Assembly: GCA_049510745.1 (NCBI GenBank)
Contig: JBEKYR010000002.1
Location: forward strand, 160,001 to 224,000
Direction: 5' to 3'
DNA: 64,000 bases
Source of the DNA: Verrucomicrobiota bacterium
Lineage (GTDB): Bacteria > Verrucomicrobiota > Verrucomicrobiia > Limisphaerales > Palsa-1400
Shown: piece after piece, positions 56,469 to 64,000 of the stretch
Position numbering within the stretch: the stretch's first letter is position 1
How the letters are laid out: each line of letters starts with the position of its first letter
Notes under the pieces: generated by a model
What the model was told of the DNA's origin: nothing
The model's database searches: none
The model's input: only the letters and a program-made list of their open reading frames with translations
Program-made: the position numbers and the translations under genes

Positions 56469-57755
56469 TCACGGGCGCGCGGCGACGGCCCCGGCTTTCG
56501 CCACCGAATTGGAAAGCACTTCAATGGCCTTGAGCAGTTGAGCGTCGCCGGAAGATTGCAATTGCTCCGGCGTTAACTCGCGTTCCGAGGCGGGCCGGAG
56601 CGGCGCCGTGTCGGGCGGGAGCGCGACCTTCACGTCCGGCTCGATGCCTCGGTGCCAGAAGGAGCGCTTGTCCGGCGTGAGCCATTCCTGCACCGCCAGC
56701 AGCAGGGCGGAGCCGTCGGCGAGCTGGAACTGGCTCAAAACGGTGCCGGTGCCAAAAGTCGTCTCGCCCACGAGCGTGGCGCGGTGGGCGTCGTGGAGGG
56801 CGCCGGCCACGATTTCCGAGTCGCTGGCCGAGCCGCCGTTAATCAGGACGGCCAGCGCCATGTCCGTCGCCAGGCCGCCGGGCCGGACGGGCACCGGCGT
56901 AATGCCGCCCCGGGCGTCCTTTTCCCACAGGACATTGCCCGATTTGAGGAACTGGCTGGCGTTGGTCACGGCTTCGTCCAGGACGCCGCCGGGATTGTTG
57001 CGCAAGTCAAGAATAATGCCTTGGAGGCCCTGCCGCTTGATTTCGAGCAAAGCTCTGCGCAAGTCGGCCGACTCTCCCTCGCTGAACATGGCAATGCGCA
57101 AATGGGCCAGGCTGGTCCCCGGCAGCCGCTGCCAGGTGACGTTGTTGAGCTTGATGGAGGCGCGCACGATTTTGACCTCGCGCCGCTGGCCGTCGCGCGG
57201 ATTGATGACGGTCAATTGGACCGCTTGCCCCGCCTCGCCGGAAATCCGGGCCGAAATCTGGTGCATCGAAAGGCCCGCCACCGGGTGGCCGTCCACCTGC
57301 AGGATGACATCGCCCGGCCGCACGCCGGCCAGTTGCGCCGGCGAGCCGTCGATCGGCGCCACGACCACCGCCTGGCGGTCGCGCGACTGGATTTCGATGC
57401 CGACGCCGGTCAGCCTGCCCTGGACGGCGGACCCCGCCTTGCGCGCCTGGGGTGGAGTCAGGTAAACACTGTGGCCGGTGTCGCCGAGGGCTTCGGCCAT
57501 GCCGTTGATGGCGCCCTGGGTCATGGCGGCGTGGCGGACGGCGGCCCGGTCCACGTAGAATCTGTCAATTGTATTCCAGGCCTGGGCCATCAGCCGGAAG
57601 TCGTCCTTGGCGTCCGCGGGCATCCCGCTCCGCAAAATCCAGCGCTCCAGCGCGGCGCCGCCGCTTAACGCCATCACCAGGGCGAGCGTCACCACGAATC
57701 CTCTCCGGATGCGGAAGGAAAAGAGCGTCAACTTTTCGCCTGGGGCGGCATTCAT
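56469..57755 (-). CDS. S41 carboxy-terminal processing protease
   Basis: PDZ domain, LDLRNNPGG, SASDSEIVAGAL, GE.TFG.G.V. Confidence 0.92.
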   Translation of the reverse strand: MNAAPGEKLTLFSFRIRRGFVVTLALVMALSGGAALERWILRSGMPADAKDDFRLMAQAWNTIDRFYVDRAAVRHAAMTQGAINGMAEALGDTGHSVYLTPPQARKAGSAVQGRLTGVGIEIQSRDRQAVVVAPIDGSPAQLAGVRPGDVILQVDGHPVAGLSMHQISARISGEAGQAVQLTVINPRDGQRREVKIVRASIKLNNVTWQRLPGTSLAHLRIAMFSEGESADLRRALLEIKRQGLQGIILDLRNNPGGVLDEAVTNASQFLKSGNVLWEKDARGGITPVPVRPGGLATDMALAVLINGGSASDSEIVAGALHDAHRATLVGETTFGTGTVLSQFQLADGSALLLAVQEWLTPDKRSFWHRGIEPDVKVALPPDTAPLRPASERELTPEQLQSSGDAQLLKAIEVLSNSVAKAGAVAARP

Positions 57756-57802
57756 GGAAGCGTAAGAGTACGAGCAGGATTAGGAATAGGAACCAAAAAC
57801 GG

Positions 57803-58306
57803 CTACATTTGTGTGATCTCCGGGCGGAGGGGTTCCAGGTCGGGGTCTTGCAGGGACATTTGCTTGAGTTGGCGGGCGTCGCCCAGTTTGAAGGCTTCGC
57901 GCAGCCAAGTGCGCGCCTGGGTCAAATTGCCCAACTGGCATTCGTAGCAGGCCAGGTTGTAGGCGATCAACGGCTCGTTCGGAAAGCGCTGGCGGGCGGC
58001 GGCCAGGATGGCTTTGGCGGGGGAAATGCCGCCGCCCGGTCTGCGGCGCGCGGCGTAGGCCTGGGCGATCCAGGCGCCGCGCTCGCCCGGGGCGGTCTTG
58101 GTCCAGGCGGAGGCGGTTTCGGCCGCCAATTCCCAGTGGCCGGCCTTGGCCAGGATTTCATACCGCACCGCCAGGACATCGGGGTGCGAGGAGAAGGCGG
58201 GGTTGACGTGTTTCAGTTCCTCGCCGGCTTCCTGCCAATTGCCCAAGCCCAGCCAGCCGGCAGCGGCGGAGACAAAATGCGAATCGGGCGGCGGCAGCGG
58301 TTTCAT
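57803..58306 (-). CDS. TPR-like protein
   Basis: YNLACYECQLG...A..WL..A...DPDL C-terminal motif. Confidence 0.78.
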   Translation of the reverse strand: MKPLPPPDSHFVSAAAGWLGLGNWQEAGEELKHVNPAFSSHPDVLAVRYEILAKAGHWELAAETASAWTKTAPGERGAWIAQAYAARRRPGGGISPAKAILAAARQRFPNEPLIAYNLACYECQLGNLTQARTWLREAFKLGDARQLKQMSLQDPDLEPLRPEITQM

Positions 58307-59694
58307 CAGTCCAGATTAATCGGTTGGTAGCGCGGCACGAGCAGTTTCATCATTGCCCAGGCAGCCAGGTAACTCAACGCGCAAATGATGAACATGAAAT
58401 GGTAGGCCGTCTGCGGGGCCTTTTGGAAATGATCGTTGAGCGCGCCGGCAATTTTTTGGATGATCACCCCGCCGATGCCGCCGGCCATGGTGCCGATGCC
58501 CGTGACCGAGGCGACGGCTTTTTTCGGAAACATATCGGATACGGTCGTGAACAAATTTGACGACCACGCCTGATGCGCGGCGGCGCCGACGCAGATTGCG
58601 GCCACGGCGAGCACGGCCGCCATTTCCCCGAATTGACTGACGTTGCCGAAGTATTGCGTGGTCAAAACGGCGAGCGGAAAAAGGGCGATCAGGAACATGG
58701 CCGTCATGCGCGCCTTGTAAACCTCCATTCCTCTTTTGATGAGGGTCATCGGAATGATGCCGCCATAAACGCTGCCCACGATGGCGACGCCATACACGAT
58801 GAAGGTGGGCAGCATGACCTCGTGCTTGGTCATGCCGAATTGTTTTTTCAGATAGTCTGGCAGCCAGAAAAGGTAGAACCACCAGACGCCATCGGTCATG
58901 AATTTGCCGAAAAAGAAGGCCCACGTCTGGCGGAAGCCAAAAAGGCTGCCCCACGAAACTTTTTTTGTCCTGTCGCCGGCTTGCTGGTCGGCGGCCGCCT
59001 GGTCGTCAATATGAATATAATCGTACTCGGCTTTGGAAAGCCGTTTTTGCCGCGCGGGAATTTCGTAAAGCCAAAACCAGAAAATCAGCCAGAAAAAACC
59101 CGCCGCGCCGGTCAGAATGAAAGCCATTTTCCATCCCTGCGCGTCCCCGAAATGAATCAGGCACCAGGGAACAAACAAGGCGGAGACCATGGCGCCAAAA
59201 TTTGAGCCGCTGTTGAAGATGCCGGTGGCCAGGGCGCGTTCGCGTTTGGGAAACCATTCCGCGACGGTTTTGATGGAGGCGGGAAAATTTCCGGCTTCGC
59301 CGATGCCGAAGGCGCTTCGGATAAAGATGTGCATCAGGACGAGGCGTCCGACGAAGGCGTTGAGGATTCCAAAAATCGACCAAATGATGAGGGAAAGGGC
59401 CAGTCCCAATTTCGTCCCGATTTTGTCAATGACCCAGCCGGCAAGGATGGTCATGCCGGCGTAAAACGCGGTGAAGGCGGAGGTCAAATTGGCAAAGTCG
59501 GTGTTCGACCAACCAAAGCCGCCCTGCGCCGCCGGGGAGCAGAAAAACTCCTTCAGGTAGCTGATGACCTGCCGGTCCATGTAATTGACAGTTGTGGCGA
59601 AAAACAGCAGGCCGCAGATGACCCAGCGATAGTTGCCGGCGATCAACCCTGGCGCCCCGGCGGTTTCGGGCGCGTCTTTAACCGGGGAGGACAT
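58306..59694 (-). CDS. MFS hexuronate transporter (ExuT/ACS family)
   Basis: RW.IC.LLFFAT.VNYMDRQ, GEAGNFP, WFPKRERALATGIFNSG, AAHQAWS.N. Confidence 0.9.
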   Translation of the reverse strand: MSSPVKDAPETAGAPGLIAGNYRWVICGLLFFATTVNYMDRQVISYLKEFFCSPAAQGGFGWSNTDFANLTSAFTAFYAGMTILAGWVIDKIGTKLGLALSLIIWSIFGILNAFVGRLVLMHIFIRSAFGIGEAGNFPASIKTVAEWFPKRERALATGIFNSGSNFGAMVSALFVPWCLIHFGDAQGWKMAFILTGAAGFFWLIFWFWLYEIPARQKRLSKAEYDYIHIDDQAAADQQAGDRTKKVSWGSLFGFRQTWAFFFGKFMTDGVWWFYLFWLPDYLKKQFGMTKHEVMLPTFIVYGVAIVGSVYGGIIPMTLIKRGMEVYKARMTAMFLIALFPLAVLTTQYFGNVSQFGEMAAVLAVAAICVGAAAHQAWSSNLFTTVSDMFPKKAVASVTGIGTMAGGIGGVIIQKIAGALNDHFQKAPQTAYHFMFIICALSYLAAWAMMKLLVPRYQPINLD

Positions 59695-59708
59695 GATTCA
59701 GTGTTTGG

Positions 59709-60986
59709 TCATTGGCCGCCGGACACAAGGGAAATTTGCGGCACGCGGGCGTCGGCGGGATCGGCCCAGCGGTTGTTCGGGATGGTCGGCGCCCAACCGG
59801 GCCGCAACGGGTCCTGGTCGTAGGGATAGCCGCCCAGCCTCTTGTAAAGTTCGGCATACTCCGCCAGCTTGCCGCGGTCGAGGCGGACGCCCAGACCGGG
59901 GCCGGAGGGCACGCGGATGGCGCCGTTCTCGTAGCGCATCTGGCCGCCCTCGATGATGTCGCCGGTCAAATGATGATAATGAGCGTCGGCCGCGAAGGTG
60001 AGATTGGGCAGGACGGCGCCGAGGTGGAGCATGGTCGCCAGTTGAATGCCCAGCTCGCCGGAGGAATGCACGGCCACGCCCAGTTGGAAGGTGTCGCAAA
60101 CGGCGGCCGCCTTGACGCATTGGCGGATGCCGCCCCAAAAGGTGGTGTCAAGCAGAATTACATCGACGGCCGTGTCCAGCACGTTGGCCGCCAGTTGCTC
60201 GAAGTTCACCACCACCGTGTTGGTCGCGAGCGGCACCCGCGCCAGTTGCCGGACGCGCCGCATCCCGTTGAGGCCGAAGACCGGGTCCTCCAGGTAATCG
60301 TTGTTCAGCCCCTCGATGGCCTGGGCGAAGCGGATGGACTGCTCGGTGGACCAGACGCCGTTGGGATCGAACCGGAAGCGGTCGCCCGGGAGCGAGGCGG
60401 CCAGCGCGCGGTAGCATTCCAACTCATAGTCCGGCGGGAACACGCCGCCTTTGAGTTTGTGGGAAGTGAAGCCGAAGCGCCGCTTGTTGGCGGCCGCCTC
60501 CGCCACCAGTTGGCCCGGTTCGCGCACTTCGCCCAGTCCGGTTTTGGCGTTGGGATAGCGGAAGAACAAGTAGGAAGCAAACGGCACCGTGTCCTGCAAT
60601 TTGCCGCCGAGAATGTCATAGACCGGCACGCCCCATTTCTGGCCGAGGATGTCCAGGCAGGCGAATTCCAGCGCGGCCAGCATTTGGGTGCGATTGTTGT
60701 AAAGCGAGGCGGTGGGATTGCTGATGCGAAAGCGCATCTCCTCCAGCCGCGCCGGATCGTGTCCGGCCAGATACGGCTTGAGCGCGCGCAGGGCCGCTTC
60801 GGCCGATTCGCCGCCGCCGCCCAATTCGCCCAGGCCGGTGATGCCTTCGTCGGTTTCGACCTCGACGACGGTGCGGACAAAGCGGCCCCAATGACAGCCG
60901 TTGGCGTGGCGCAAGGGAGCTTCCAGGGGGACCGTGACGGTCGTGGCTTTGATGTCGGTGATCTTCATTTTTGACAGGTTGCTCAT
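59709..60986 (-). CDS. Enolase-superfamily acid-sugar (glucarate-dehydratase-like) dehydratase
   Basis: KLKGGV, DPNG.W, EDP, PLATN, HS..ELG; adjacent to a hexuronate MFS transporter. Confidence 0.85.
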   Translation of the reverse strand: MSNLSKMKITDIKATTVTVPLEAPLRHANGCHWGRFVRTVVEVETDEGITGLGELGGGGESAEAALRALKPYLAGHDPARLEEMRFRISNPTASLYNNRTQMLAALEFACLDILGQKWGVPVYDILGGKLQDTVPFASYLFFRYPNAKTGLGEVREPGQLVAEAAANKRRFGFTSHKLKGGVFPPDYELECYRALAASLPGDRFRFDPNGVWSTEQSIRFAQAIEGLNNDYLEDPVFGLNGMRRVRQLARVPLATNTVVVNFEQLAANVLDTAVDVILLDTTFWGGIRQCVKAAAVCDTFQLGVAVHSSGELGIQLATMLHLGAVLPNLTFAADAHYHHLTGDIIEGGQMRYENGAIRVPSGPGLGVRLDRGKLAEYAELYKRLGGYPYDQDPLRPGWAPTIPNNRWADPADARVPQISLVSGGQ

Positions 60987-61161
60987 TCAACTGCCAGAAC
61001 TGACGCGAAAAGCCAAGGAGATTAGTGGCAGCATGAACGGGCAAGAATGAAGTCAAGCGGCGCAGCGGTCGCGCCGGATGGCGGGTAGCTTATACGAAAT
61101 ACCGCACACAAAAGTCACAACCGGCATTGACATGGCGAATGAAGTTTTCTAGGTTTCGCGC

Positions 61162-61320
61162 ATGGCGAAAAAGGCCTCCCGAGAAGAACTCGTTGCCGCG
61201 CCCCGGCGAAAATCCTCTGCGCTGGTGTACAACTGCGACTGGCACGCCGACCATTATTCCAAAGTCATCGGCGACGACATTTTTGGCGAAAATAATTTTC
61301 AAAACGAAATCGTTCGGTAA
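61162..61320 (+). pseudogene. Internally deleted remnant of an N4/N6 DNA methyltransferase
   Basis: Manual translation MAKKASREELVAAPRRKSSALVYNCDWHADHYSKVIGDDIFGENNFQNEIVR*; CDWHA.HY.KV..D.IFG..NF.NEIV is typical of beta-class methyltransferases. Confidence 0.7.
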
Positions 61321-61333
61321 AAACTGTTCTGCA

Positions 61334-63718
61334 ATGAAATTGGTTAAACACCCCTTCGACGAAGCCGTAATCGCCGAAACGCATCCTTCGCATTACATGA
61401 TGCACAAGTATTGGGCGCGAAAACCGTCGAATGTGGTCGGCCGTTACATTGAGTATTACACGAAGCCGGGTGACATCGTGCTTGATCCGTTTATGGGCAG
61501 CGGAGTCACCATTATTGAATCAACTCGGCTAGGACGAAATGGGATTGGCGTGGACTTGAATCCAGTCGCTTGCTTCATAGCGCGAATGACGTTGGCGCCA
61601 GTTGACATTTTAAAACTTCAGCAGGCCTATGAGCGTGTTCAAACAGCGGTCAAAGAGGAAATTTACTCAACTTATCTTGTTGAATGCTCGAATGAAAAAT
61701 GCGGCAAAGGTGCGCTTGCCACCCATATTGTTTGGCAGCGGGACAAATTTAAGGGTGAAAAAATTTTTCTTTTGAAAGTCGCGTGTCCACATTGCGGTAG
61801 GCGCGAAAAACGAAAACCAACAGATGCTGATCTTGCAGGTTACGCAAAAGTCTCAAAACAAAAAATTCCATTCTTTTATCCCAAGAATGTCAAACTGCAT
61901 TCGACTGCCAAGCGCAGCGTCGAGTGTATTGACCAATTGTTTACCCGTCGCGCTCTGATTAACCTTTCGCATCTTCACCAGGCGATTCAAAAGGAAAACG
62001 GCATCTTGCGAGAATTGCTGATGTTCACGCTGACTTCAACGCTTGCTCAAGTCAGCCGAATGCCGCCATACGCGCCTTCGAGCGGAATCAGTTGGAAAGT
62101 TCCAAACTATTGGGTGCCGCCGCTTCATTGGGAGCAAAATGTTTGGGATGCTTTTGAAGAACGGTTCAAAAAAGTCATCAAAGGCAAAAAAGAATCTGCG
62201 GAAATTCTCAAATCAGACAGTGCAAAGGTTTTCAATGGCGATGCAACCAACTTAAAACTAATCGCATCAGATTCTGTTGACTATATTTTTACCGATCCGC
62301 CATACGGTGACGCCGTTCCCTATTTTGGTTTATCGTTAATGTGGGCGGCGTGGCTTGGCCTGGACAAGCAATTGGATTTTGAGAAGGAAATTATCGTTTC
62401 AGAACGCGGCGATTACGAGCAGGAGCTTGAAGATTATCGCAGGATGCTCAAGGATGCTTTTGGGGAGATCTTTCGCGTTTTGAGAAACAACGGTACGGTC
62501 ACGGTGACTTTTCACAACCGCGAGATTCGCGTCTGGAACGCCTTGGTCGCAGCGGCGTTTGAGGCTGGATTTGTTTATGAAAACGACAATTATGTTTTGC
62601 CGGCGGTAAAATCTTCCAAGTCGCAACTCGCCGCGAGCGGAAGCATGACGGGCGATATCTACATCAATTTCCGCAAACCCGCAAAAGTCCGGGAGCAGCG
62701 GGAACTGACTTTTGACGAGGTAAATCAAATTATGAGTGATGAGGCGAAGTTGATTATTCAATCGCGTAACGGACAGGCGACGACGGATCAGCTTGCGCGC
62801 GGAATTTATTCGCATCTCATCAAGGAAAATCTTTTCAACAAGGTGCCGAGCACGGACATTCAAAAAGTGTTGATGGGTTTGCCGATTGTCCAAGTCATGC
62901 CGAACGTCTGGTCGCTTCATAAAACCGAACCAGAAACGATGCTCGCTTATATTCCCCTCACCCGACGCGTGGAGTTCATTGTTGACAGTGTTTTGGAAAG
63001 CAACCGCAAGCAAGGCTATGAACTGGATGATTTTCTTGTCCCGATTTTCACGCAATTAAAAAATGGTCTGACGCCTGAAGGCAAAGAAATCATGGGGGTT
63101 CTTCGGCAGCGTGCCGACGTCAAACGCGACAAATGGTATCCGGCACGCGAACACCAGCCGGAATTGATTGCCGAATATGAAGTTCCAAAAAAACAAGTGC
63201 TTCCGGAAGAAGATCTGCGCGAGCATGAGCAGTTTATTTATCAACTGGCGAAGCTGGGAAGGGAATTGGGTTTTGAGATTTGGGTCGGTAGGAACGAGCA
63301 GAACAAAAGCGAACTTCTGCAAAATTTAAGTGTCAGGCGGCTTGAAATTCCGGGGCTGAACGAGGAATTTATCTCTCAAAACCGGATAGATCAGATTGAC
63401 TTAATTTGGATGAATTCTGATGACGCAAAATATGTTGCCTTTGAAATTGAGAATTCCACAGGTGTCGTTTCGGGAATCAATCGTTTGAGCAATTTGACTG
63501 GAAAATTGAAGCATCTCAAAATTCCGGCTTACGTTGTCATTCCGGATAAATTTCGCAACATGGCGCAGAAAATTTTTGCTTCACCAAGCGGGCGCATTCT
63601 CGACAGCGAGCATCGCCGCGTGATCGTGTACTCAAAACTGCTTCATCACATTGATTTGTTGCAGAAGAAATTGATTTCACCGGCGGATTTGTTGGAAAGC
63701 ATTTCAGAGGTGGCATGA
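61334..63718 (+). CDS. Amino-methyltransferase with Zn ribbon fused to a C-terminal PD-(D/E)xK-like nuclease domain
   Basis: HKYWARKP, VLDPFMGSG (motif I), C..C/CPHC, TDPPY (motif IV); C-terminal IDLIW...FEIENST; AT-richer than neighbours. Confidence 0.82.
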   Translation: MKLVKHPFDEAVIAETHPSHYMMHKYWARKPSNVVGRYIEYYTKPGDIVLDPFMGSGVTIIESTRLGRNGIGVDLNPVACFIARMTLAPVDILKLQQAYERVQTAVKEEIYSTYLVECSNEKCGKGALATHIVWQRDKFKGEKIFLLKVACPHCGRREKRKPTDADLAGYAKVSKQKIPFFYPKNVKLHSTAKRSVECIDQLFTRRALINLSHLHQAIQKENGILRELLMFTLTSTLAQVSRMPPYAPSSGISWKVPNYWVPPLHWEQNVWDAFEERFKKVIKGKKESAEILKSDSAKVFNGDATNLKLIASDSVDYIFTDPPYGDAVPYFGLSLMWAAWLGLDKQLDFEKEIIVSERGDYEQELEDYRRMLKDAFGEIFRVLRNNGTVTVTFHNREIRVWNALVAAAFEAGFVYENDNYVLPAVKSSKSQLAASGSMTGDIYINFRKPAKVREQRELTFDEVNQIMSDEAKLIIQSRNGQATTDQLARGIYSHLIKENLFNKVPSTDIQKVLMGLPIVQVMPNVWSLHKTEPETMLAYIPLTRRVEFIVDSVLESNRKQGYELDDFLVPIFTQLKNGLTPEGKEIMGVLRQRADVKRDKWYPAREHQPELIAEYEVPKKQVLPEEDLREHEQFIYQLAKLGRELGFEIWVGRNEQNKSELLQNLSVRRLEIPGLNEEFISQNRIDQIDLIWMNSDDAKYVAFEIENSTGVVSGINRLSNLTGKLKHLKIPAYVVIPDKFRNMAQKIFASPSGRILDSEHRRVIVYSKLLHHIDLLQKKLISPADLLESISEVA

Positions 63719-63969
63719 ATTCTTTAACTGACACGGCTCGCTCCGCCGCCCACGTGGATGGCTGGATCGTCGTCCGCATGGAAAGTGGCGCGGAGATTCG
63801 ATTTCCGGTGGCGGAGAATCCACGACTGGCGGCTGGCACGCACCCGCAGTTGAATCATATCGAGATTTCCCCGTTCGGTCTTCACTGGCCTGATCTGGAT
63901 GAGGACTTGTCTTTTCACGGGTTGCTCGAAGGCAATCACGGGCAGTTTCAGAACAAGGTTAAGGTCTGA
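63715..63969 (+). CDS. DUF2442-domain protein
   Basis: PRL..(A)T..QL...E....GLHWPDLDEDLS..GLL; ATGA overlap with the methyltransferase. Confidence 0.88.
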   Translation: MNSLTDTARSAAHVDGWIVVRMESGAEIRFPVAENPRLAAGTHPQLNHIEISPFGLHWPDLDEDLSFHGLLEGNHGQFQNKVKV

Positions 63970-64000
63970 CGGGCACATTTACCGCCCGTACTGCCGCACA

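Noticed and set aside
61127..61333. N-terminal extension of the methyltransferase ORF
   Set aside because: The coding signal here is in another frame (the methyltransferase remnant); ATG 61334 is the more plausible start

Overview
GC-rich bacterial chromosomal window, most likely Verrucomicrobiota (Pedosphaerales/Limisphaerales-like); this is inferred from a VPDSG-CTERM protein and Thr/Asn-rich secreted proteins. The left part holds a tightly coupled ~16-kb operon (1894-17694): an orphan FeoA/SH3-like gene, a complex I lacking nuoEFG (order nuoA-B-C-D-I-H-J-K-L-M1-M2-N, two NuoM, NuoL lateral helix ~26 aa longer), and pyruvate:ferredoxin oxidoreductase overlapping nuoN. It is divergent from hemA and an edge-truncated secreted protein. 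Housekeeping genes follow (pyrH, frr, ftsB-like, gyrBA, kdpFABC, recA, lpxA, degP, S41 protease, MFS plus enolase). Accessory DNA includes: 75-bp REP/REPIN-like palindromes with a RAYT remnant bracketing a HEAT-repeat gene; an IS1634-like 3' remnant; a 2651-bp IS1-family passenger transposon (18-bp TIRs, 8-bp TSD CATCCTTG) carrying an HTH-IrrE peptidase plus DUF4411 PIN pair; and a methyltransferase-nuclease fusion with a methyltransferase remnant upstream and a DUF2442 gene downstream. No rRNA, tRNA or CRISPR array was recognised. All family assignments are by eye from motifs; no database search was run.
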